Of a stretch of 64,000 bases of DNA, positions 9,625 through 19,184 are shown in pieces (within the stretch, counting starts at the first letter, position 1; the number at the start of each line of letters is the position of its first letter). Made by a program: the position numbers and the translations under genes. The notes beneath the pieces are model-generated. The model was given only the letters and a program-made list of their open reading frames with translations, did no database searches and was not told the DNA's origin. The stretch is from positions 125,104-189,103 of the forward strand of contig JAOEKQ010000002.1 in assembly GCA_028379895.1 (NCBI GenBank), in the 5' to 3' direction. This stretch comes from Burkholderiales bacterium (lineage in GTDB: Bacteria > Pseudomonadota > Gammaproteobacteria > Burkholderiales > Eutrophovitaceae).

Positions 9625-11637
9625 ATGTGTGGAATTGCTGGCATATTTTCGGTAAGTGATGCGGCGGCGGTTGAGTCCACCCTCGTTGCAATGCGTGACA
9701 CCATGTTCCATCGTGGTCCAGATGGAGGAAGCAACTGGATCTCTCTCAACGGGAAAGTTGGTTTGGCCCACCGCAGGCTCTCGATCATCGATTTGTCCGA
9801 AGCCGCAACCCAGCCAATGTCCAACGAAGACGATAGCGTATGGATCACTTTCAACGGCGAGATCTACAACCATGTGGGTTTGCGAAAAGAGCTTCTGGCG
9901 GCTGGCCATCGATTCCGTACAGACCACTCCGACACCGAAGTGCTGGTGCACGGCTACGAAGAATGGGGGCTGGATGGTTTGCTCAAGCGTGTTGCCGGTG
10001 ACTATGCCTTTGCAATCTGGGACGAGGGCAAGCAGTTGCTTTCGCTGGCGCGTGATCGCATAGGTGTCAAGCCGCTTTACTTCCACGCAGGTCAGAAGCA
10101 ATTTCTGTTTGGCTCGGAAATTAAGGCTATTCTTGCTCACCCCGATGTGCCGCGGGATGTAGAGCCTGTGGCCATGAACCACTACCTCAGTTTTATGACT
10201 ACGCCTGCTCCGTTGACCATGTTCCGTGGCATCTACAAATTGCCGGCAGGCCATGCGATGACGGTGGATCGTAAGGGTGTGATTAAGTCCTGGCGTTATT
10301 GGGATGCAGTGCCCGGTCAGGGCATTGCGCCTGGAGAGGTTCGTGGCCTCTCCGAGGCGGCCACCGAAGATTTCTACGTGAGCGGTATCCGTGAGCGCCT
10401 AGAGAAGGCCGTGGATCGCCGCATGATGTCTGACGTGCCCTTCGGAGCATTTCTTTCGGGCGGGGTGGACTCTTCGACCAACGTGGCTCTGATGAGCCGC
10501 CTCATGGACCGACCAGTGGATTCATTCACGGTGGGGTTCAAGGACCACGCCCATCTCAACGAGCTCGAGTACGCCGATCAGGTGGCTAGAGAGTTCAAGA
10601 CCAACCACCACGAGATCCTGATAGATGAAAAAGATATGGTCGGCTACCTCGACCAGCTGATTCACCATCAGGACGAACCCATTGCTGACTGGGTCTGCGT
10701 ACCGCTTTACTTTCTCTCAAAACTCACACGTGACAACGGGGTTACCGTGATACAGGTAGGTGAAGGCGCTGACGAGCAGTTCAGCGGCTACGCCAGCTAT
10801 ATGGGCTACCTCAAGCTGTATCACAAGTATTGGTCACCCTTCCGGCGCTACGTGCCCGGCCCCTTGCGGCACATGGCAGCCGACATAGCCAAGGCCGCAG
10901 CAAAATTCAGGCCAGGCCTGGCAATGTACGCCGACATCATCGACCGTGCTGCGCGTAATCGCGAACACTTCTGGACCGGAGCCACGGTGTTCTGGGACAC
11001 CCTCAAGCGTGATCTGGTCAATGCGAGTGCCGACTGGTCGGCGCAAGTGCCTGAATCGGTGCGCAACAGCGGTTTGCTGCCGCCAGGCTATCTCGAAACC
11101 GATAGCTTTAATGTGATCTCTTCCTTTCTGGCGCCATTCGACGCGGCTCATCCAGGACGGGATGCGCTCACGCGCATGATCTACAACGAGTTCAAGCTGC
11201 GCTTGCCCGAGCTGCTGCTGATGCGCGTGGACAAGATCACCATGTCTGAATCACTTGAGGCGCGCGTCCCATTTCTCGACCACGAACTCGTCGAGTTCAC
11301 CATGGACATTCCGGAAACCTGGAAAACCCGTAATGGTGAAGCCAAGTACCTGCTCAAAAAAGCAGTTGAAGGCCTAATTCCAGACAACATCATATACCGC
11401 AAGAAGATGGGCTTCGGTGCACCCATGGCCGACTGGCTGCGCGGTGATTTCGGACACCAGGCAGAAGGAGCCGTACTGGGAAGCGCGCTTTTGCGGCGCG
11501 GGCATCTCAATGTTGGCCACATCCGTAAATTATTTGATGAACATAGAAGTGGTCGTCGAGATAACAGTCTGTATTTGTGGACGTTATTTAACCTGACATC
11601 TTGGTATGATTATTGGATTGATGGTTTAAAAAAATGA
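9625..11637 (+). CDS. asnB: Asparagine synthase (glutamine-hydrolysing) family amidotransferase, likely a polysaccharide uronamide-forming enzyme
   Basis: MCGIAG Ntn Cys, HRGPDG, FNGEIYN, RDRIGVKPLY, LSGGVDSS, GEGADE, EARVPFLD. Confidence 0.92.
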   Translation: MCGIAGIFSVSDAAAVESTLVAMRDTMFHRGPDGGSNWISLNGKVGLAHRRLSIIDLSEAATQPMSNEDDSVWITFNGEIYNHVGLRKELLAAGHRFRTDHSDTEVLVHGYEEWGLDGLLKRVAGDYAFAIWDEGKQLLSLARDRIGVKPLYFHAGQKQFLFGSEIKAILAHPDVPRDVEPVAMNHYLSFMTTPAPLTMFRGIYKLPAGHAMTVDRKGVIKSWRYWDAVPGQGIAPGEVRGLSEAATEDFYVSGIRERLEKAVDRRMMSDVPFGAFLSGGVDSSTNVALMSRLMDRPVDSFTVGFKDHAHLNELEYADQVAREFKTNHHEILIDEKDMVGYLDQLIHHQDEPIADWVCVPLYFLSKLTRDNGVTVIQVGEGADEQFSGYASYMGYLKLYHKYWSPFRRYVPGPLRHMAADIAKAAAKFRPGLAMYADIIDRAARNREHFWTGATVFWDTLKRDLVNASADWSAQVPESVRNSGLLPPGYLETDSFNVISSFLAPFDAAHPGRDALTRMIYNEFKLRLPELLLMRVDKITMSESLEARVPFLDHELVEFTMDIPETWKTRNGEAKYLLKKAVEGLIPDNIIYRKKMGFGAPMADWLRGDFGHQAEGAVLGSALLRRGHLNVGHIRKLFDEHRSGRRDNSLYLWTLFNLTSWYDYWIDGLKK

Positions 11638-11650
11638 GGTCTTGACTGCT

Positions 11651-12514
11651 ATGAGCAAACAACAATCGATCGTCAGTCGACAGCAGTTTCGACAGATATA
11701 TATGAGAAGCGTCGAAGATGTCATGCGTTTCTGGACGCCACACATGCAGGAGGAAATCTCTCGCCATAACGCAGGCTGGCGGACAGGTAGTACTGACTTC
11801 GAGGGGTACCTGAAGCATTCTGAATTACGTTGCTGGACCGCATTCGATATGTTGGCTAGCAGAAATGAGGAAATCGATAGTTGGTGCGACATCGGCGGTT
11901 TTTTTGGCGCGTATTGCCTTACTCTGCGGCGTTTAGGCATAGCCGTGGCTATGACCGAGAGCCTAAAATACTACAGCAATTCCTTTTCGCCCCTATTCGC
12001 CTATCTGCGGCAAGAGGGTGTCGAGGTCATCGACCATGACCCTTTCGGCGAGGGTGTTTGGGCTGGTACTGCTAGCTATAGCGTAGTCAGCGCGATGGCT
12101 GTGTTTGAGCATTATCCCCATTCACAGAAATATATTCTGGAATTCATGAGCTCGATTGTTGCACCGAGAGGAAGCTTGTACATTGAAGTGCCAAATATTG
12201 CATATTGGCCTCGCCGTTGGGCTATGCTGAATGGAAGGTCGCCACTTCCATCTGCTCTATTAGTCTACGAATCTGGAGTCCCATTCACAGGTCACCACCG
12301 GGAGTACACGATGCTGGACCTGAATGAAATTACTGCCTTAGCTGGGTTGCGGATAGATGAGGCACGGTCCTTCAATTACTCTTTTGTGGGGTCGTGGATC
12401 ATGCGCTTGATATCTGATCCAATTTTGACGTTAATGTCCCTCCACCCCTCAATGCGAGAGTGTCTGGTTGTGATATTGAGTCGTTGCGCTGATTACAAGA
12501 AGCAAGATAAATAA
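11651..12514 (+). CDS. Class I SAM-dependent methyltransferase
   Basis: DIGGFFG, AVFEHYPHS, IEVPN, HHREYT. Confidence 0.78.
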   Translation: MSKQQSIVSRQQFRQIYMRSVEDVMRFWTPHMQEEISRHNAGWRTGSTDFEGYLKHSELRCWTAFDMLASRNEEIDSWCDIGGFFGAYCLTLRRLGIAVAMTESLKYYSNSFSPLFAYLRQEGVEVIDHDPFGEGVWAGTASYSVVSAMAVFEHYPHSQKYILEFMSSIVAPRGSLYIEVPNIAYWPRRWAMLNGRSPLPSALLVYESGVPFTGHHREYTMLDLNEITALAGLRIDEARSFNYSFVGSWIMRLISDPILTLMSLHPSMRECLVVILSRCADYKKQDK

Positions 12515-12516
12515 CA

Positions 12517-14589
12517 GTGCATGATCTCATTGGCAAGATACGCCGAGGCCTGCGCAAGCCGCCGGGAGTGATAGTGGAGCGCCTGCTGGCAATGGCCCGC
12601 ACACAAACCGAGCGGCTGAGGCTGCCCGGGCGCTCCAACCTTTCGCAGCAAGCGCTGTTGCGTGAGCTGCAGGCCCCCTCGCTTGATGCTCTATGGCGGC
12701 GTCTGGCCGCACGCCCTTTCCCGGCCTGGTTCGGTCCCTGTGATGTTGCAGAGGTCGACACTCTTTGTGATCCCTACGAGCGCATCGCGCTGCAGGCACG
12801 TGCCGAAAATGCGCTGGCACATCGAGTTGATCTCTTGGGTTCGGGGCTAACGGAGCTTGGCGCCCAGATTGACTGGCATACCGATTTTAAGACGGGACTA
12901 TCCTGGTCCCCGCGCTACTTTGCCGACATCGATTACAACAATCCAGAGCGGCCAAGCGACGTCAAAGTGCCTTGGGAGTTGTCACGTCTGCAGTGGCTCA
13001 TGCCTGTAGGCCAAGCTTTCCTGCTGACGCGTGATGACCGCTATGCAGCTGGATTACGTGATGTACTCGAGCAGTGGATCACAGCAAACCCTTGCGGCGG
13101 ATCGGTGAACTGGTCCTGTACCATGGAGGCGGCCTTGCGCATTTTCAGTTGGGTATGGTTTTTTCATGTGTTTCAAGATGCCCCCTCGTGGCGCGATACA
13201 GATTTCCGGTTCCGTTTCCTGCGTGCGTTGTACCTGCACGTAGAATTCACTGACCGTCACATCGAACGATCCGATGTGAACGGCAACCACTACACCGCCG
13301 ATGCGGCTGCACTCGTGGTCGGAGGGTTATTCTTCGGTGAAGGACGGTGGCCGCAGCGTTGGCAGCAGGAAGGCTGGCGCATCTTGTGTGAAGAAATGTC
13401 TCGGCAGGTATTCTCCGATGGTGTGGATTTCGAAGCCTCGGTGCCTTATCACCGGCTGGTAGCCGAATTATTTCTATGGCCCGCGATGTACCGCACGGCG
13501 CAGGGTCTGTCCATTGACCCAAACTATACCGAGCGTCTGAGTGCCATGGCACGTTTTTCGTGCGCCTACTCGCGACCCGACGGTAGCGTGCCTTTGTGGG
13601 GCGATGCCGACGACGCGCGCGCGCTTCCTTTCGGTATGCAAGACATAAATGATCATCGTTACCTGCATACCCTAATAGGTCTCTATACGGGCCAGCAGGA
13701 CCTGTGTCACGACAAGCCCGCGGCAGTTGGTGAGGTGCTCTGGGCATTTGGCCCCTCAGGTGTTCGTCGCTGGCTCAATGCCCTGCCATCACCTCCGGCT
13801 TCACAGGCCTTCGAAGATGGGGGTTTCTACGTCATGCGCAGCGCTCGTGACCATGTGTTCATCGATTGTGGGCCGTTGGGGCTTTCCGGGCGAGGGGGGC
13901 ACGGCCATAACGACTGTCTGGCCTTTGAAGCGGTTCTCGACGGCGTGCCGCTGGTATCGGACTGTGGTGCCTACCTGTACACAGCTTCGTTCGAGGAGCG
14001 CAACCGATTTCGCTCGACCGCGTACCACAATACGCCACAAGTCGATGGGGAAGAGATCAACCGGTTTATTCGGCCAGACTATCTGTGGAATCTTCACTAC
14101 GATGCCGTGCCGCGTGTTCATAAATGGCAGGTAAAAAAAGACTATGTATTGTTCGTGGGAGAGCATCGAGGCTACTGCCGACTGACGTCGCCTGTGATTC
14201 CGCGCCGCTCGATCCTATTGGACTGTGAGACGCACGCCCTCCACATCAAGGATGAATTCTTGGGCGAGGGTATGCACGATGTAACGATACCCATGCACCT
14301 TGCTCCTGGCGTAGAAGTATCTGAACTGAAGGACTGCGAGCTCTTACTCAGCGCGTGTGATAAACACTTCAGGGTGTGGTGGCTTCCTGTTTCTGGCTAT
14401 TCGGTAAGTGTTGACGAAGCCCGGGTGTCTTCTTCGTATGGGGTGGTGCACTTAAGCAAAAAGCTTGTATGGTCCCGTGCGTCTTCCCCTCTTGTTACAT
14501 TCAACCTATTTATTGCTCCTTTTAATGCGCCCTCAAGAATCTTCTCAGATATGTCAATATACTTCGGACTAAATAGTAATGAGCCTTAG
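12517..14589 (+). CDS. Heparinase II/III family protein (alginate-lyase-like N-domain)
   Basis: DVKVPWELSRLQW, NGNHY, DGVDFEAS.PYH, GHGHND.L, YLYT....RNRFRST.YHNT. Confidence 0.88.
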   Translation: MHDLIGKIRRGLRKPPGVIVERLLAMARTQTERLRLPGRSNLSQQALLRELQAPSLDALWRRLAARPFPAWFGPCDVAEVDTLCDPYERIALQARAENALAHRVDLLGSGLTELGAQIDWHTDFKTGLSWSPRYFADIDYNNPERPSDVKVPWELSRLQWLMPVGQAFLLTRDDRYAAGLRDVLEQWITANPCGGSVNWSCTMEAALRIFSWVWFFHVFQDAPSWRDTDFRFRFLRALYLHVEFTDRHIERSDVNGNHYTADAAALVVGGLFFGEGRWPQRWQQEGWRILCEEMSRQVFSDGVDFEASVPYHRLVAELFLWPAMYRTAQGLSIDPNYTERLSAMARFSCAYSRPDGSVPLWGDADDARALPFGMQDINDHRYLHTLIGLYTGQQDLCHDKPAAVGEVLWAFGPSGVRRWLNALPSPPASQAFEDGGFYVMRSARDHVFIDCGPLGLSGRGGHGHNDCLAFEAVLDGVPLVSDCGAYLYTASFEERNRFRSTAYHNTPQVDGEEINRFIRPDYLWNLHYDAVPRVHKWQVKKDYVLFVGEHRGYCRLTSPVIPRRSILLDCETHALHIKDEFLGEGMHDVTIPMHLAPGVEVSELKDCELLLSACDKHFRVWWLPVSGYSVSVDEARVSSSYGVVHLSKKLVWSRASSPLVTFNLFIAPFNAPSRIFSDMSIYFGLNSNEP

Positions 14590-15437
14590 GATGCCCAAAA
14601 ATACCAGTTCTGACGCCAATAGTTACCAGCAAGAATCGTTACTTCCTGAGAATGTTTATGGCCACACCAAGAAGATCAGACTAATTCGGGACGCCATCGA
14701 GCGGCATCGTAGGGTAGTTAAGAAGGACTCATTGAGAGTTCTTGATATCGGGTGTGGCAACGGCTTCGCTGTAACGAGGTTTCTTGCGAAAAACTGCGAT
14801 TACGTCGAGGGGATAGATTTGCACCCCACCAGTATCGCTTATGCCGATAAACATTTCGGGGGCGCGAATCTGAAATTTTTCTGCGTCGATGCGCAGGATC
14901 ACTTGGCTGCCGATAAAGTCTTTGATGTCGTGGTGATGGCTGATGTGCTTGAACATGTCGATAATCCCGATGTGTTTTTGGAGGCAGGGCTTAAACTGTT
15001 GGCACCGGGCGGTTTACTGTGCTTAACCGTACCTAATGGCACGGGGCCATTTGAGATCGAAAAATCGATTTCTAATACACCTTACATAGGTTATTGGCTG
15101 CTGAAGATGACAGATTTGATCGTTGCAGCGCTTAACAAATGGGTGTTGAAGGGAGTGTGGAGCTCATCACCGGCCATCCCAGAGCCCAAAGAGTTGCCAT
15201 ACAACGCTGAGTGTGGTCATGTGCAGTTCTTTTCAGAAGGTGACATACTTAACTTGTTACAGATCTCAGGTTTAGAATTTTGTCAAGTCAGTCAATCTCT
15301 CTTTCCTGGCTGGTCCATTCACCAATTACTTCTTTGCGCCCTCGAAAAGATTTTGCCTTTGGAATGCAGCCGTTGCGGATCGCTTGCCGCATAAAGTTGT
15401 CAGCGCATGGCTTTTTGAGTGTCGCAAAACCAAATAG
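14579..15437 (+). pseudogene. Class I SAM-dependent methyltransferase with a 1-nt insertion at T4 (15278-15281)
   Basis: VLDIGCGNG, DVLEHV, TVPNG.G. The called ORF ends at 15394 in a nonsense-like tail. Removing one T gives ...FVKSVNLSFLAGPFTNYFF...ADRLPHKVVSAWLFECRKTK*, with TAG at 15435-15437. Confidence 0.75.
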
Positions 15438-15451
15438 CAAAGGCTGACGTT

Positions 15452-16669
15452 GTGACGCAGCAGGTATTGTGGACTCTGTTCGTTCGAACTTTACTGATTG
15501 CTGCAGGCTTTATTTCGAGCATTATCACAGCACGATTTCTTGGGCCTGAGGGGCGCGGAGTCTTCTTTTATTGGGTCACGCTTGCAGCGTTTGCCACCCA
15601 ATTCGGTAACCTTGGCCTGCATTCCAGTAATACTTATTTACTCACCAAGGGACGTGCTCGGTTGTCAGCGCTAGCAGCCAATTCCCTTTGGGTCTCGCTA
15701 ATTGGGGGGGGCGTCGCGGGAGGATTCCTGATCTTATCCCTCTGGTTGATGGACGGTACGACGGGTGACCGGTGGTCTTTGCTTTTGCCGGCCCTGTTTC
15801 TGATTCCGTCAGGACTCTATTTTCTGCTGGGGACGAATCTGTTGGTGGCTGAAGGCCGTATAGGTGAGTACAACGGGTTTGAGCTTGGCAACCGATACCT
15901 GGGACTTGCAGCAATGTTTTTTGCAGCCTGGTACTGGCGAAGCCCACAAGGATTGCTAGTGATTATGAGTGTGGTCGCAGTGTTGATGTGCCTGCCGCTC
16001 TACCTCCGGTTGCGGGTATTGGGGGGAGATGGGGGCGGGAGCTTTCTCCTCATGCGGGAGGGCTTTGGCTACGCTACGCGTGCCTATCTGGCGGCAGCGC
16101 TCGGATTTGCAGTTCTTCGTCTAAATACATTGTTGATAGAGCGGTACGCGGATGCAGCGACGCTGGGAACTTGGTCAATAGCAGCGCAACTCCTTGAGGT
16201 CATTATCGTCATTCCCAGTACGATCGCACTGGTTTTGTTGCCCCGGATAATGCGGTCGGAGAACCCTTACAAGTTGATGCAGACGCAACTTCGTTTGGTG
16301 ACTGTAAGCCTCATTTTGGCTTGCATGGCTGTTGCTTACTTGGGGGATGAGTTAATCATGTTTGCCTATGGCGAGAGGTTCGCAGGTGCTTACACCATGC
16401 TGTTATGGGGGCTGCCAGGTATCTTTGCCCTTGGCTTGACGGCCATTATCTCTCAATATTTGGCTTCGGCGGGCATACCGCTTACCCTAGTTTTTATCTG
16501 GATTATCGGGCTGGTAGTGGAGTTGGTGTTGGCGATCTGGCTGATTCCCAGCTACGGAGGCATAGGCGCAATGTTATCGCTCTCGTTAACGTACCTGTTC
16601 ATTCTGGGATTGGTCTGGCTTTTGGCTGCCAACCATCACAACACACAAAGGAAGATAACCAATGAATAA
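15452..16669 (+). CDS. wzx: Wzx-type oligosaccharide flippase
   Basis: ITARFLGPEGRG, about 12 TM helices, LIPSYGGIGA. GTG start at 15452 has an AAAGG RBS; alternative start 15419. Confidence 0.85.
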   Translation: MTQQVLWTLFVRTLLIAAGFISSIITARFLGPEGRGVFFYWVTLAAFATQFGNLGLHSSNTYLLTKGRARLSALAANSLWVSLIGGGVAGGFLILSLWLMDGTTGDRWSLLLPALFLIPSGLYFLLGTNLLVAEGRIGEYNGFELGNRYLGLAAMFFAAWYWRSPQGLLVIMSVVAVLMCLPLYLRLRVLGGDGGGSFLLMREGFGYATRAYLAAALGFAVLRLNTLLIERYADAATLGTWSIAAQLLEVIIVIPSTIALVLLPRIMRSENPYKLMQTQLRLVTVSLILACMAVAYLGDELIMFAYGERFAGAYTMLLWGLPGIFALGLTAIISQYLASAGIPLTLVFIWIIGLVVELVLAIWLIPSYGGIGAMLSLSLTYLFILGLVWLLAANHHNTQRKITNE

Positions 16670-17467
16670 CCACTCGCGGATTGAAGCACAAAAGCAATGG
16701 AATACACGTGCCTGCGGTGAACTCCCTGGCGACAAGCAGTCTGTTACCTATTTTGACGCTGTAGCGGAGGATAGATACCTACAGCAGCCTTGGATGCGCG
16801 ATTACTTCAATTACGAACGCTTTTCAGGGCAGCAGGTGCTGGAGATCGGGATTGGACAAGGCACCGATATGATGCAGTTTGCTAAAGGAGGTGCAATCTG
16901 CCACGGTGTTGATATCACTCAAAATCACCTGAAGCTTACCGCCTTGAATGCTTCCTTGCGCGGCTACGAAGTCGATCTTCATGAAGTGGATGCGACCCAC
17001 CTGCCTTTTGCCGATAACACGATCGATTGTGTTTATTCATTCGGCGTACTTCACCATATCCCGGAAATCGATAAGGTCGTCAGCGAAATCCATCGCGTGC
17101 TAAGGCCGGGGGGAGGGTAATGATTGGGCTCTATTACAGATGGAGTGCGTTCCACCTGCTCTGGAAACTTCTTGCTAACGGTATCCGCAACGGCTGGTTG
17201 TTTACCAAGGGATACTCATGCTTGTTGGCAACTATCGAATTGGGGGCCGATGGTGTAAATGTCAAACCATACGTCCGCTTGTTCACCAAGCACGGAGTGT
17301 CAAAAATGATGAAAAATTTCGCTCCAGACGATCTATCAATCCACCAATTGCATGAAGATCACTTCTGGCCACCTTTTCTCGGCCGCTTTTTGCGAACGCG
17401 TCTCAAGCAACTTGAACCGATTATGGGCTGGTACGTGACCTATAAAGGACGCAAGCCAAAAGAATGA
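16662..17467 (+). pseudogene. Class I SAM-dependent methyltransferase split by a 1-nt deletion in G6 (17108-17113)
   Basis: VLEIGIGQG, YSFGVLHH, EIHRVLRPGG. A G7 run would read RPGGRVMIGLYYRWS and fuse ORFs 16662-17120 and 17120-17467. Confidence 0.85.
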
Positions 17468-19179
17468 TTCTCTTAACTGCTATGCCTTTCCAAGCTCAAA
17501 AATCGCTCATACTGACTGCGTACCCGTTATCGGCCCCTTTCGACCGCGCAGTAAGAGATGTCATCGGCCAAGAGGCTCAGACAGTCACCGTTGCACAACT
17601 GAGATCCCAAGGGCTTACAGGGCTGCTGCGCCAGCTGTGGTCTATGCGCGGCGATCCAATCGTACTGCCGATAGAAGAAGAAAACAGCTCTGCCCTGCTG
17701 CCGGTACTTAAACTGCTTGCCGCGTGTTCGCGTTCACGCTCTATTTGTGTCGTGCATCCTAATTTGCGCCGCGAGACGGTAAGCCGCTGGCGAATCGCGT
17801 TGGATGCCCTACGTTTTGCGAGTGCCAGTGTCTCTTGCCTATGGTCCGCCTACCGCGCGCACCGAGAGCTATCGGCATTGTTGATGCAACCTCGCGTTGG
17901 ATCCGGTTCGCTCGCTGCTAATGGTTTAGTCCTTTATCTTAAGACCAATCTGTGGTTTGGTATCAAGGCGGGCGGCTCGGTCGGTCATATCGCAGGCGTG
18001 GTCAACGGTCTTCAGCGTCTTGGTTATCCGGTGACTTTTGCTTCGGCAGAGCCTCCTGTCATGATTGATGACGCCGTCAAGTTCTTGCCCGTGCAACCGC
18101 CAACGGCTTTTGGTCTGCCGTACGAGCTTAACAACTACCGCTTTCAGGAAGGTTTTGAAAGTACGCTGGAGGCGGGCGCAGCCTTGGTCCCTTCGAGTCT
18201 GATCTATCAGCGTCTCTCTGCTGCCAATTACCTTGGCGCCGTGTTGTCGCGTCGTCACCGCCTGCCGCTGGTGGTCGAATACAACGGCTCCGAGGTCTGG
18301 GTGGCCAAGCATTGGGGGCGGGGTATGAAGTTTCAAAAGCTCGCGGAAATGGCCGAAGAAGCTATGCTCCGTCACGCCCATCTAGTCGTGACCATATCCG
18401 AAGTGCTTCGAGATGAACTGATCGAAAGGGGTGTGGAGCCAGCGCGCATCGTCTGCTACCCCAACTGCATCGATCCGGGGGTGTTTACGCCTGACCGTTT
18501 CTCCCTGGACGAACGTCAGACCCTCAGGGCACGTTACGGTATTCCCGCGGATTCAATCGTGCTTGCCTTCATTGGCACCTTCGGGCAATGGCATGGCGCA
18601 GAGATGTTGGCGCAGGCGATTGCTCGCCTCTACGTTGAGGAAAGTCATTGGCTGATAGCTCATAAAGTTCACTTCCTGCTGGTGGGGGATGGCTTGAAGA
18701 TGCCGCTGGTGCGCGCTACCATCGAGGGCTCCGGAGCTGGCGCTATTTGTACCTTGGCAGGTCTGGTGCCCCAGGATCAGGCCGGATTGCATTTGGCCGC
18801 TTCGGATATTCTTGTTTCCCCCCATGTGCCCAACTCGGACGGGACCCGGTTTTTCGGTTCGCCCACTAAGCTTTTCGAATACATGGCCATGGGAAAGGGT
18901 ATCGTTGCATCGAACCTGGATCAGATCGGTGAGGTGCTATCACCTGGTCTCGAAGCCGGAGCATTGCCAGCAGGCGCGCCCGATGATGACAATCCGGGAA
19001 TGGCGGTTTTGTGCGAACCCGGGAATCTTGAAGAGCTCATCCGGGGGTTGAGGTTCATGGTTGAGCGCCAGGATTGGCGGAGCATCTTGGGCAGGAATTC
19101 ACGCCAGCGTGCGCTTGATAAATACACTTGGGGTCATCATATCCAAGCCATCCTTGATGGTTTGAGTCGGGTAGAATAG
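17464..19179 (+). CDS. GT4 glycosyltransferase with N-terminal extension
   Basis: VEYNGSE, FIGTFGQWHG, FFGSPTKLFEYMAMGKGIVAS, YTW. Confidence 0.88.
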   Translation: MILLTAMPFQAQKSLILTAYPLSAPFDRAVRDVIGQEAQTVTVAQLRSQGLTGLLRQLWSMRGDPIVLPIEEENSSALLPVLKLLAACSRSRSICVVHPNLRRETVSRWRIALDALRFASASVSCLWSAYRAHRELSALLMQPRVGSGSLAANGLVLYLKTNLWFGIKAGGSVGHIAGVVNGLQRLGYPVTFASAEPPVMIDDAVKFLPVQPPTAFGLPYELNNYRFQEGFESTLEAGAALVPSSLIYQRLSAANYLGAVLSRRHRLPLVVEYNGSEVWVAKHWGRGMKFQKLAEMAEEAMLRHAHLVVTISEVLRDELIERGVEPARIVCYPNCIDPGVFTPDRFSLDERQTLRARYGIPADSIVLAFIGTFGQWHGAEMLAQAIARLYVEESHWLIAHKVHFLLVGDGLKMPLVRATIEGSGAGAICTLAGLVPQDQAGLHLAASDILVSPHVPNSDGTRFFGSPTKLFEYMAMGKGIVASNLDQIGEVLSPGLEAGALPAGAPDDDNPGMAVLCEPGNLEELIRGLRFMVERQDWRSILGRNSRQRALDKYTWGHHIQAILDGLSRVE

Positions 19180-19184
19180 CCTTG

